DNA of 64,000 bases from an uncultured Fimbriimonadaceae bacterium (GTDB lineage Bacteria > Armatimonadota > Fimbriimonadia > Fimbriimonadales > Fimbriimonadaceae), in contig CBFGUV010000003.1 in assembly GCA_965652385.1 (NCBI GenBank), forward strand, positions 41,411 to 105,410, read 5' to 3'. Position 1 is the stretch's first letter. Each line of letters starts with the position of its first letter. Below the pieces are notes generated by a model. It was not told the origin of the DNA and did no database searches. It worked only from the letters and a program-made list of their open reading frames with translations. Shown here piece by piece: positions 1 to 8,571 of the stretch. A program made the position numbers and the translations under genes.

Positions 1-196
1 CCTGCTCGATGAGGCCCAGGGCCGCTTCGGTAGAAAACCGCTCCGGGCTCACATAGAGGGCGACCGTCCCGAAGCAGGCAGTGGCCTCCACCAGCCCGTC
101 CAAATTCGCCCCGTTCAGCCGACGCGCGGCATCGGCGGCGCGGCTTCCCAGCCCGCGCAGCAGAAATGCCTCGTCGCCCATCGGTTCAAAACGCAT
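1..196 (-). CDS. 5-oxoprolinase subunit B / allophanate hydrolase subunit 1 (PxpB/KipI)-like protein. N-terminal fragment; the gene runs off the left edge.
   Basis: My own reverse-strand translation from the ATG at 196..194 gives MRFEPMGDEAFLLRGLGSRAADAARRLNGANLDGLVEATACFGTVALYVSPER. This resembles the PxpB/KipI N-terminus (M.i.P.GD.alLv ... gv.E.vp.y.sl.V.y.P). Not in the ORF track because it is truncated. Confidence 0.4.
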   Translation of the reverse strand, partial: MRFEPMGDEAFLLRGLGSRAADAARRLNGANLDGLVEATACFGTVALYVSPERFSTEAALGLIEQ

Positions 197-223
197 GCGA
201 AGGTATAGAATACGCCAACTGTC

Positions 224-667
224 ATGAGCGGCGAGGAAGTGAAGATCGCAGTAGTGCGGGAGGATGACGCCTATCTCCCGGAATACGAAACGTTGGGCGC
301 AGCCGGAATGGATGTCCGGATCATCGAGGATGCCGAGCTGCAGCCGATGGAGAGGGCCCTGATCCGCACCGGATTGAAGATCGCCGTGCCCATCGGATAC
401 GAGGCTCAAATCCGCCCCCGCTCGGGCATGGCGCTCAAGAAAGGCATCGCCATGGCGAACACGCCGGGCACTATCGACAGCGATTACCGAGGCGAAGTCA
501 AGCTAATTGTGATCAATTTCAGCAAAGATGTCGTCAAACTGTCCAAGGGCGAGAGGGTGGCCCAAATGGTGATCGCCCCGGTAGTCCGCGCGGTATGGGA
601 AGAAACCGATTCCCTGCCCGACACAAGCAGAGGAGAGGGAGGCTTTGGCAGCACAGGAACCGCCTAA
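224..667 (+). CDS. dut: dUTP diphosphatase
   Basis: All five dUTPase motifs are present: AAGMD, IRPRSGMALK, GTIDSDYRGEVKLIVIN, RVAQMVI, RGEGGFGSTG. Confidence 0.95.
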   Translation: MSGEEVKIAVVREDDAYLPEYETLGAAGMDVRIIEDAELQPMERALIRTGLKIAVPIGYEAQIRPRSGMALKKGIAMANTPGTIDSDYRGEVKLIVINFSKDVVKLSKGERVAQMVIAPVVRAVWEETDSLPDTSRGEGGFGSTGTA

Positions 668-1757
668 AGAGTTAGTTTGTCCGCAGTGTTTTGAGTTCAA
701 CGCGGCGGGGTCGCCGTTCTGTCAGGAGTGCGGAGCGCCGCTCTCCAACGCGCCCGCCGCAGAAGGCAGCGACCAAGCGGTCTACAAGGACCTGGCGCAG
801 GCCAACCTGCTGCGGATGCGCGGCCAGCACAAGCAGGCGGGCGAGGCGTGCCTCTCCATCCTGAAGCGGTACCCAAACAACGCGACGGCTCATGCCCTGC
901 TGGGGGACATCTACGCCGAAACCAACGATCTGGAGCAGGCGATCCAGTGGTACGAACTGGCCCTGGACCTGCACGAGGATGAGGGTGTCCGCACCAAGCT
1001 CGCCAAAGTCCAGGAGCAGAAGGATTCCGCCGAACAGCAGGCGAGCGTCACCGAGTTGGGCCTGCCGGAAAAGCAGCCGAAGACCGGGCTCTACGCCGGG
1101 TTGATGATCCTGGCCATCGTCGTCATCGGCGGCGCCGCCTTCTTTGCCGGCCGGCAGGTCAGCAATGGGGGCGACAGCCGCAATCCTACGCTCACCAGCA
1201 ATCCCGTCTCCCTCAACCCAGACCAGCAGGAACCCGCGACGGACGGCAACGGCCAGACGGCGGCGGGAGTGCTGCTCGCCGAGCAGGATCGGGAGATGAC
1301 CGAATCGCTCCGCAGCGCAAGCATTCTCGGACAGAACATCCTGTACGTCTTCGCCGTGCCGCGAGGCCCGGCGGCCAACATCACGGCCCATCATGCCTCG
1401 GGCCTCTCGCTGCAGCAGACCGCCGCTCAGGCGGCAGTGGATGGCCTCGCGGCCTTCCCGAACTGCGTCTATGTCACGGTCCGCGTGGTTTCGAATGGAC
1501 AGATCGCCTTTGTGGCGGATGTGCTGAGAAGCCGCACCCAGCAGATGCAGATGCCTTCCGCTGGCGAAGCCGTGACCGAAGAGGCGGCGGCGGGCATTCT
1601 GGAGAGCGTGTGGCCCCCAGAAACGACCGCGCCCCCGGCCGTCCCGGATACCAGCGGAACGACAGGGGGCGAGCAGGCCACCACGGGCTCGACCGATCTC
1701 AACGGAGATCAGGCCGGGCCGCCGATCACGACCACAGAAGGTCGCGGCGGAGAATGA
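645..1757 (+). CDS. Zinc-ribbon and TPR repeat membrane-anchored protein of unknown function
   Basis: CxxC...CxxC zinc ribbon (CPQCFEF..CQECG), a TPR-like repeat (AHALLGDIYAETNDLEQAIQWYELALDL), one hydrophobic helix (GLYAGLMILAIVVIGGAAFFAG) and a low-complexity tail. The TTG start overlaps the dut end, so the start is uncertain. Confidence 0.65.
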   Translation: MAAQEPPKELVCPQCFEFNAAGSPFCQECGAPLSNAPAAEGSDQAVYKDLAQANLLRMRGQHKQAGEACLSILKRYPNNATAHALLGDIYAETNDLEQAIQWYELALDLHEDEGVRTKLAKVQEQKDSAEQQASVTELGLPEKQPKTGLYAGLMILAIVVIGGAAFFAGRQVSNGGDSRNPTLTSNPVSLNPDQQEPATDGNGQTAAGVLLAEQDREMTESLRSASILGQNILYVFAVPRGPAANITAHHASGLSLQQTAAQAAVDGLAAFPNCVYVTVRVVSNGQIAFVADVLRSRTQQMQMPSAGEAVTEEAAAGILESVWPPETTAPPAVPDTSGTTGGEQATTGSTDLNGDQAGPPITTTEGRGGE

Positions 1758-3015
1758 TCGTCTCGTCGCGATCCGGGCCGATGCTCAGGATCGCGGCGGG
1801 AGTCTTCGTATTGTCTTCGATGAACTCAACATAGCGCTGCGCCTCAATCGGAAGATCTTCCTTCCGGCGGACGTCGCTGATCGGGCCTTCCCAGCCCGGC
1901 AGGGTCTCATAGACCGGCTTCGCCTTCGCCCACTCCGTGCTGGAAAGGGGCATGCCTTTCAGCCGCTTGCCGTCCACTTCGTATGCGACGGAAGCCTTCA
2001 CCTCGCTCAGGCCGTTCAGCACGTCGATGCGCGTCACCACCAGGCCGCTCAGTGAGTTGATGCGGCAGGAGGAGCGGAGCGCGGCCAGGTCGAGCCATCC
2101 GCAGCGGCGGGGCCTTCCGGTCGTGGTGCCGAACTCGTGTCCCTGCGTGCGGATTGTGTCGCCGATCTCGTCAAGCAGTTCCGTCGGGAACGGCCCCTCG
2201 CCCACGCGGGTCGAGTACGCCTTGCAGACGCCCAACACGTTCTGGATCGCCCGCGGTCCGACGCCGGTGCCGAGGCACGCGCCGCCCGCCACCGGGTGGC
2301 TGCTGGTCACATAGGGATAGGTGCCGTGGTCCAGGTCGAGGAATGCGCCCTGCGCGCCCTCAAAAAGAACCTGCTTGCCGCCCTCGACCGCCTCCTGGAG
2401 AACCGTCTCGGTGTCGGTGACAAAGGGAGCGAGCTTCTCGGCGTAGCCGCAGAACTCGGTGTACAGTTCGCCGAAGGACATCGGCTCCCCGCCCAGCAGC
2501 TCGATCAGCCGGTTCTTGAATTCCAGAACATGCTGCAGCCGATCGCGAAAGGCGTCCGGATCGACGAACTCGCTCATGCGGATGCCGATGCGCTGCACCT
2601 TGTCCGTGTACATCGGGCCGATGCCGCGCGAGGTGGTGCCGATCTTGTTGTCGCCCCGCGCCGACTCCTCAAGCTGATCCAGCACCCGGTGATACGGCAT
2701 CACGATGTGCGCCGCCGGGCTGATCATCAGCGTGCCGAGTTCCGACTTCTGCTTTTTGGTGGTCTCCAGCTCTTCGATAAGGCTGCGCGGACAGATGGCC
2801 ATTCCCCCGCCCAGAATGGCGGTCACATTCGGGTGAAGGATTCCGGCGGGAAGCAGATGAAACTTGTACGTCTGCCCTCCGGTGATGACGGTATGTCCGG
2901 CATTGTTGCCGCCGCTATAGCGGACAACGACGTCCGATTCGCTGCCCAGGACATCGACCATCTTGCCCTTGGCTTCATCGCCCCATTGGGCGCCTACGAT
3001 TACCAGCGTTGACAT
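1726..3015 (-). CDS. purA: Adenylosuccinate synthase
   Basis: GAQWGDEAKGK P-loop, GGNNAGHTV, TTSRGIGP, GTTTGRPRRCGWLD. Full length, 429 aa. Confidence 0.97.
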   Translation of the reverse strand: MSTLVIVGAQWGDEAKGKMVDVLGSESDVVVRYSGGNNAGHTVITGGQTYKFHLLPAGILHPNVTAILGGGMAICPRSLIEELETTKKQKSELGTLMISPAAHIVMPYHRVLDQLEESARGDNKIGTTSRGIGPMYTDKVQRIGIRMSEFVDPDAFRDRLQHVLEFKNRLIELLGGEPMSFGELYTEFCGYAEKLAPFVTDTETVLQEAVEGGKQVLFEGAQGAFLDLDHGTYPYVTSSHPVAGGACLGTGVGPRAIQNVLGVCKAYSTRVGEGPFPTELLDEIGDTIRTQGHEFGTTTGRPRRCGWLDLAALRSSCRINSLSGLVVTRIDVLNGLSEVKASVAYEVDGKRLKGMPLSSTEWAKAKPVYETLPGWEGPISDVRRKEDLPIEAQRYVEFIEDNTKTPAAILSIGPDRDETIILRRDLLWS

Positions 3016-3048
3016 TCTTGTTGTCTCCCGGCTCGACCTTCCGGCACG

Positions 3049-3089
3049 AAAAAAGCCGGCGGATCGATCCTGTCGAGGATCCGCCGGCT
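3049..3089 (-). terminator. Rho-independent terminator downstream of ribBA
   Basis: Perfect 12-bp stem (AGCCGGCGGATC 3054..3065 and GATCCGCCGGCT 3078..3089). On the minus strand it is followed directly by a T6 run (A-run 3049..3054 on the plus strand). Confidence 0.8.
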
Positions 3090-3175
3090 TTGCAAGACCG
3101 TTTGCCTTATCTCGACGAGCCCATTATAGCAACGGTTCTCTGCCCCGGAGATAAGAGTGGGACCTGGCTGGGCTG

Positions 3176-4375
3176 CTAGGGCAGCTGGTGCCCCATCTTG
3201 TCCTTCTTGGTCTTCAGGTACCGCTCGTTGTATTCGTTCGGCTCAACGACCAGGGGGACATGCTCGACGATCTCCAGACCGTGACCATGCAATCCGGCGA
3301 TCTTGGCGGGGTTGTTGGTCAGCAGGCGCATCTTCTGGATTCCCAGGTCGCGCAGGACCTGCGCGCCCAGACCGTAGTCGCGAAGGTCGGCCTTGAAGCC
3401 GAGCGCCTGATTCGCCTCGACGGTATCCATGCCGCCATCCTGCAGCTCATAGGCGCGCAGCTTGTTCAGGATGCCGATGCCCCGGCCCTCCTGCGAAATG
3501 TACAGCACACAGCCCCGGCCTTCCTTTTCGATTTGGGTCAGCGCGGCCGCAAGCTGGTCCCCGCAGTCGCAGCGCAGCGAGCCGATGATGTCACCGGTGA
3601 GGCAGGAAGAGTGGGTGCGGACCAGCACCGGTTCATCGGTGGTGATATCGCCCTTCACGATGGCCAGGTAAGGCTCGTGATCCACTTCGGTCTCGTAGCC
3701 GTAAATCTCGAAATTGCCGTACTTGGTGGGCAGGCTGATCGGCCCGGCCACGCGGCGCACCAGCTTTTCGTGCTGGCGGCGGTAGGCGATCAGGTCGGCG
3801 ATGGTGATGATCTTCAGCCCGTGCTTTTCGGCATAGGGGATCAGCCCGTCCATGCGCAGCATCTCGCCGTCGTCGCCCACGATCTCAACGCCGACCGCAA
3901 CCGGTTTCATTCCGGCGAGGCGGCACAGATCGACCGAGGCTTCGGTATGTCCCGCGCGGCGCAGGACGCCGCCTTCTTCGGCCCGCAGAGAGAGCATGTG
4001 GCCCGGCCGCATCAGGTCGGTCGGCTTGGCCTTGTCATCGCAGAAGACCTCGACGGTCCTGGCGCGGTCGGAGGCGGAGACGCCGGTGGTGGTGCCGTGG
4101 ACCGCATCCACCGTCTCGCCCATGGCGGTGCCTCGGCGCGCGGTGTTCTGCTTGGTCATCATCGGCACGCCCAGCTCTTCCAGCCGCTCGGGGGTGGTGG
4201 AGATGAAGGGAACGCCCCGGCCATACATGATCATAAAGTTCATGTCGTGGGGGGTGATCTTCTCTCCGGCCATGATGAGGTCGCCCTCGTTTTCACGGTC
4301 GGGATCGTCGACCACGATGAGCATCTGACCCGCCTGGATCAGCTCAATCGCTTCCGGAATCGATGCAAAGGGCAT
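3176..4375 (-). CDS. ribBA: Bifunctional 3,4-dihydroxy-2-butanone-4-phosphate synthase / GTP cyclohydrolase II
   Basis: The DHBP synthase half has DDPDRENEGDL and GHTEASVDL. The GCH II half has HSSCLTGDIIGSLRCDCGDQL and QEGRGIGL.NKLRAYELQD. Confidence 0.97.
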   Translation of the reverse strand: MPFASIPEAIELIQAGQMLIVVDDPDRENEGDLIMAGEKITPHDMNFMIMYGRGVPFISTTPERLEELGVPMMTKQNTARRGTAMGETVDAVHGTTTGVSASDRARTVEVFCDDKAKPTDLMRPGHMLSLRAEEGGVLRRAGHTEASVDLCRLAGMKPVAVGVEIVGDDGEMLRMDGLIPYAEKHGLKIITIADLIAYRRQHEKLVRRVAGPISLPTKYGNFEIYGYETEVDHEPYLAIVKGDITTDEPVLVRTHSSCLTGDIIGSLRCDCGDQLAAALTQIEKEGRGCVLYISQEGRGIGILNKLRAYELQDGGMDTVEANQALGFKADLRDYGLGAQVLRDLGIQKMRLLTNNPAKIAGLHGHGLEIVEHVPLVVEPNEYNERYLKTKKDKMGHQLP

Positions 4376-4571
4376 GGCTCAAGGCCATTCTACGCGGGCG
4401 CGGGCGCGTTCATCTGGGAACCGCTGCGCCTATTGGCCCCCTGCGCCTGAGTCCGGGAAAAAACCGCAGGGGCCTTTGCTCACGGCCACGCTCAAAGGCC
4501 GGAATGCGTCCCGTATAATAGCAAAGGCCCCTGCCGCTGTCTGACGGCTTCGCGAGGCCTCAGGAGCGGCG

Positions 4572-6200
4572 ATGACGAAATTCATTTTTGTAACAGGTGG
4601 CGTTGTAAGCTCGATCGGCAAAGGCATCACCGCCGCGAGCCTTGGCCGACTCCTCCGCAGCCGCGGCTACACCGTGGCCCCCATGAAGCTCGACCCCTAC
4701 ATCAACGTAGACGCGGGCACCATGAACCCTTATCAGCACGGCGAAGTCTTCGTGACCGACGACGGCACCGAGACCGACCTCGACCTGGGGCACTACGAGC
4801 GATTCATCGACGTGAGCTGCTCGGCAGGCAGCAGCATCACCACCGGCAAGGTCTACCAGCGGGTCATCGAAGCCGAGCGGCGCGGCGACTACCTCGGCGC
4901 GACCGTCCAGGTCATCCCGCACATCACCAACGCCATAAAGGACGCCATCGTCAGCGCCTCCAAGGAGCAGGAGGCTGAGATCGTGCTGGCCGAGATCGGC
5001 GGCACCGTGGGCGACATCGAATCGCTTCCCTTCCTTGAGGCGATCCGCCAGGTCCGCAAGGACTTCGGCAAAGAGAACACCCTCTTCATCCACGTCACCT
5101 TCGTCCCGCAGGTCGGACCCTGGGGCGAAATCAAGACCAAGCCGACCCAGCACAGCGTCATCAACCTGCGCGAGATCGGCATCACGCCTGACGTCCTCAT
5201 CTGCCGCACCGAATCGGAGATGCCGGACGACGTGAAGGAGAAGATCAGCCTCTTCTGCGACGTGCCGAAGGAAGCGGTTATCGAGAGCCGCACCGCCAAT
5301 ACGATCTACGAAGTCCCCCTCATGTACGAAGAGGCCGGACTCGGCCGCCTCGCCTGCGACCGCCTGGGCCTGGAAGATCGCCCCTGCGAACTGGACGAGT
5401 GGAAGGCGCTGGTCGGCAAAATCAAAGAGCCGAAGAGCGAGTGCACCGTCGCGGTCATCGGCAAATACACCTCTAACGGCGACGCCTACAAATCCATCGG
5501 CGAAGCCCTGGTTCACGCGGGAATCTCGAACGACTGCAAGGTCAACATCAAGTGGATCGAGAGCGACATTTTTGAGACCAAGCAGACGCCCGAAGAGATT
5601 CTGGCGGGCATGGATGGCGTGATCATCGCCCCCGGCTTTGGTGAGCGCGGCGTGGAGGGCAAGATCGAAGCCCTGCGCTATGTCCGCGAGAACGGCATCC
5701 CGTTCCTCGGCATCTGCCTCGGCCTCCAGATGGCGGTGATCGAGTTCGCCCGCAACATCTGCAATCTCAAGGGAGCCAGCAGCGAGGAATTCGGCACCGA
5801 GAGCGCCTACCCAGTGATCCACACGATGCCGGATCAGCTGGGCATCAAGGAGCTGGGCGGCACGATGCGCCTGGGCGCCTACCCCTGCAACCTCACCGTC
5901 GGCACCGTGGCGCATGAATTGTACGGCTCCACCCGCATCGACGAGCGGCACCGCCACCGGTACGAGGTGAACAACGACTTCCGCGAGCTGCTCATCGAGA
6001 ACGGCATGGTGGTCAGCGGCGTTTCGCCCGACTACCGGCTGGTCGAGATGGTCGAGCTTCCGAGCCATCCGTTCTACGTGGCGACGCAGGCGCATCCAGA
6101 ATTCAAGTCGCGGCCCAATCGTCCGCATCCGCTGTTCACCGGACTGGTGCAGGCGGCGCTAAAAAAAAATCGGACGACGGACAAGGCTAGCGTTCAGTAG
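4572..6200 (+). CDS. pyrG: CTP synthase
   Basis: MTKFIFVTGGVVSSIGKGI N-terminus, and a glutamine amidotransferase half with GICLGLQ and HRHRYEVN. TATAAT at 4514..4519 is a possible -10 box. Confidence 0.98.
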   Translation: MTKFIFVTGGVVSSIGKGITAASLGRLLRSRGYTVAPMKLDPYINVDAGTMNPYQHGEVFVTDDGTETDLDLGHYERFIDVSCSAGSSITTGKVYQRVIEAERRGDYLGATVQVIPHITNAIKDAIVSASKEQEAEIVLAEIGGTVGDIESLPFLEAIRQVRKDFGKENTLFIHVTFVPQVGPWGEIKTKPTQHSVINLREIGITPDVLICRTESEMPDDVKEKISLFCDVPKEAVIESRTANTIYEVPLMYEEAGLGRLACDRLGLEDRPCELDEWKALVGKIKEPKSECTVAVIGKYTSNGDAYKSIGEALVHAGISNDCKVNIKWIESDIFETKQTPEEILAGMDGVIIAPGFGERGVEGKIEALRYVRENGIPFLGICLGLQMAVIEFARNICNLKGASSEEFGTESAYPVIHTMPDQLGIKELGGTMRLGAYPCNLTVGTVAHELYGSTRIDERHRHRYEVNNDFRELLIENGMVVSGVSPDYRLVEMVELPSHPFYVATQAHPEFKSRPNRPHPLFTGLVQAALKKNRTTDKASVQ

Positions 6201-7271
6201 CTAGGCGGCCGCCAACTCGCTCTCATAGATGCGCCGCCGGGTGCGCAGCACGTCGACGCATCCGAGCAGGAGCGTCAGCAGCACCGGCCCGGTCATCAGC
6301 CCAATCGGCCCCATCGCGATCACACCGCCCAATAGGGCAAAGAAGATCGCGATGGTCGGCAGGCTGGTCCGCGCGCCGATGACGAACGGACGCAGCACAA
6401 AATCCACCTGAGACACGATCACCAGGCCGAAGACAAAGACTCCCACCGCCTTCCATGTCTCTCCGCTGAGGACCAGGATGATGGTTATCGGGACGTAGCC
6501 GACCGGAGGCCCGAGCAGTGGAATGAGACAGGCCACAAGCGTCACCAACCCCCACACCGCCCAGCCATCAACCCCCGCAATGGAGTAGCTGAGCGTCGCA
6601 AGCCCCGCCTGGATGAAGGCCACCAGCACGACTCCCACAAAGACGGAGAAGATCGTCCGCCGCATCCGCTCGAGAATCCCCACGGTCTCTTCCCGAGGAA
6701 GAGGCACGAGGTCGCACACCGGATCGAGCAGGCGGTGGCCATCGCGCAGCATGAAGAACATGGTGATCAGCGCAATGACAAAGGTGAGGATCGTTTCGAT
6801 CAGCTTGCGGGCCGCGGTCGTGGCGGGTCCCTGAATCTGACCCTGCAGCTCTTCACGATGCTCTTCGAACCAATTCTCCAGGGAGAACTCTTTGATGCCG
6901 ATGTCGTTGAGAATCGGCTGGACCCGCTTGTCGGCTTCAGCCATGAGGTCCGTGATATTGGTGGGGTGATTGCCGCCATTCGCGGCGGTCGCCTCGGTGA
7001 AGTAGTTGTAGATCTTGATTCCGGCAACGGTTCCGAAGCCCACCAGCGGGCCGATGATGACCAGCATCGTCAGGATCGTCACCGTCGTGGCGGCAAACCA
7101 GGGGCGGGTTTTATTGGCGATGCGCTTGTAGATGGGATAGAGCAACACGCTCAGCACGCCCGCCCACATCAGCGCGCTCATAAAAGGGAGCATCAGGATG
7201 ATCGCCCCCACCAGAACCGCGCCCAGGATCAGCCACAAGATGGGCCGACTCGTCTCATCAAATCGCACCAT
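6201..7271 (-). CDS. AI-2E family transporter (UPF0118/PerM-like permease)
   Basis: Polytopic membrane protein of 356 aa with AI-2E-like segments (FFMLRDGHRL, LIPLLGPPVGYVP). Its stop codon abuts the pyrG stop. Confidence 0.8.
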   Translation of the reverse strand: MVRFDETSRPILWLILGAVLVGAIILMLPFMSALMWAGVLSVLLYPIYKRIANKTRPWFAATTVTILTMLVIIGPLVGFGTVAGIKIYNYFTEATAANGGNHPTNITDLMAEADKRVQPILNDIGIKEFSLENWFEEHREELQGQIQGPATTAARKLIETILTFVIALITMFFMLRDGHRLLDPVCDLVPLPREETVGILERMRRTIFSVFVGVVLVAFIQAGLATLSYSIAGVDGWAVWGLVTLVACLIPLLGPPVGYVPITIILVLSGETWKAVGVFVFGLVIVSQVDFVLRPFVIGARTSLPTIAIFFALLGGVIAMGPIGLMTGPVLLTLLLGCVDVLRTRRRIYESELAAA

Positions 7272-7282
7272 TGCCGTCCGCT

Positions 7283-8536
7283 CTACTCTACTTGACCGTC
7301 CTCTACGTCTGTACGCCCGTCCAGGGTGCGGTAAATCTCGCGGGCCAGTTCCTTAGCCCTTTCGGTGTCTGCCCCGCCCAGTTTTCCGGAGATCACCGCT
7401 TGAGCCAAAGCTTCCTTGATCTTGCCGATCTCCGGCCCTTCGGCCAGTCCGAGCAACGAGCTGATTTCAGTGCCGGAAAGCGGGCTTGCGAAGCGAGTCG
7501 CGAAGCCTTCTTCCCTTGCGGCAGCAGCAAAGATGGTCTCCACTCTCTCCGCATCTTCCGCCTTCCAGCCGGGCCGGGTGAGGGCGAACTGCACGATCCG
7601 TTCGGCCAGCTTGGACAGGTCATGGATGAGACGGCGCATATCCACGAGAGTCATTTCTGGCTTGACATGCTTTTCGCCTTCAAGGATCAGTCGCACATCC
7701 CGCGAGAAATCGCCGGAGAACTTCATCTCCTTGAGAGCCTGCCCCGCCTTCGTCGGGCCGTACGGCAGCAGCAGCGCGGCCATCCGCGAAAGGGAGTCTG
7801 GTTCGCAGGCGCCCAGACGCTCCAAAACCTCATTGCCGATGCCCGGAAACACCTTCTCCATCAAGCCCAGGTCGATGAGATCAGCCACACCCTGACGGGC
7901 TCCATCTGCCGAGATGATCTTGAGCAGCTCATCTTGAATCCGCTCGCGGCTGATGATCTCCAGGCGATAAGCCATCTCACGGATCGCCTCCGGCAACCCC
8001 TCCGCGTATTCCATCTCAAACCGCTGCCGAAACCGCACCGCCCGCAGCATCCGCAGCGGATCGTCATAGAAGGTCATATCCGGAGCGACCGGAGTCCGCA
8101 GAATCCGCTTTTTGAGATCAAAGAGCCCCTGGCCCAGCCGATCTTCAATCTCCCCGGTCCAAGGGTTGAGCAGAAGCGTGTTGATGGTGAAGTCGCGCCG
8201 GTAGAGGTCTTCAGTGACGGTTGCGGGTTCGGTATTCGGCTTGCGGGAATCGTCGCTGTAGGACTCCCGCCTCGCCGTGACCAGTTCAACATCCAGGTCG
8301 CCGAAGCGGACCATTGCGGTTCCGAAGCGGGGATAGACCGCCGGCTCCGTCTTTGCCGCGCCGATTTGATGAAGGTGATGGGCAGCTCTTAGGGCATCGC
8401 CCTGCACGACCAGATCGATATCGTGGCCCAGCGGCTGGCCCAGCAGCTTGTCGCGGACGCATCCGCCGACAAGCCACACCTTGCCTTCCCATTCGGTGCC
8501 GGAGAAGGCCTGAGCGATCCGCTGCTGAATCTCCAC
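7283..8536 (-). CDS. cca: CCA-adding enzyme / poly(A) polymerase family tRNA nucleotidyltransferase
   Basis: GGCVRDKLLG..HDIDLVV nucleotidyltransferase head, RRDFTINTL, DPLRMLRAVRF. Confidence 0.85.
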   Translation of the reverse strand: MEIQQRIAQAFSGTEWEGKVWLVGGCVRDKLLGQPLGHDIDLVVQGDALRAAHHLHQIGAAKTEPAVYPRFGTAMVRFGDLDVELVTARRESYSDDSRKPNTEPATVTEDLYRRDFTINTLLLNPWTGEIEDRLGQGLFDLKKRILRTPVAPDMTFYDDPLRMLRAVRFRQRFEMEYAEGLPEAIREMAYRLEIISRERIQDELLKIISADGARQGVADLIDLGLMEKVFPGIGNEVLERLGACEPDSLSRMAALLLPYGPTKAGQALKEMKFSGDFSRDVRLILEGEKHVKPEMTLVDMRRLIHDLSKLAERIVQFALTRPGWKAEDAERVETIFAAAAREEGFATRFASPLSGTEISSLLGLAEGPEIGKIKEALAQAVISGKLGGADTERAKELAREIYRTLDGRTDVEDGQVE

Positions 8537-8571
8537 TTGCCAGAGATTATGCAGCGGACCGCCGACGGCAG

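Noticed and set aside
3188-4450. 420-aa plus-strand ORF covering the whole of ribBA
   Set aside because: It is antisense to a gene with unambiguous RibB/RibA motifs. The translation is Ala/Gly/Arg/Val-rich with no motifs, which is typical of spurious open frames in high-GC DNA.
4376-4571. FMN (RFN) riboswitch upstream of ribBA
   Set aside because: I looked on both strands for the conserved AGGGCGGGG...GAAATTCCC...CCGACGGT...AGTCCGGATG segments and did not find them. Only a terminator-like hairpin is present, and it is reported separately.
4560-6128. 522-aa minus-strand ORF opposite pyrG
   Set aside because: It is antisense to a textbook CTP synthase. Low-complexity Ala/Asp/Gly/Arg composition and no recognisable domain.
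6198-6203. Back-to-back stop codons of the convergent pyrG and AI-2E transporter genes (TAG followed directly by CTA)
   Set aside because: It is real but trivial. With zero intergenic distance there is no room for a terminator, and nothing suggests a special function.
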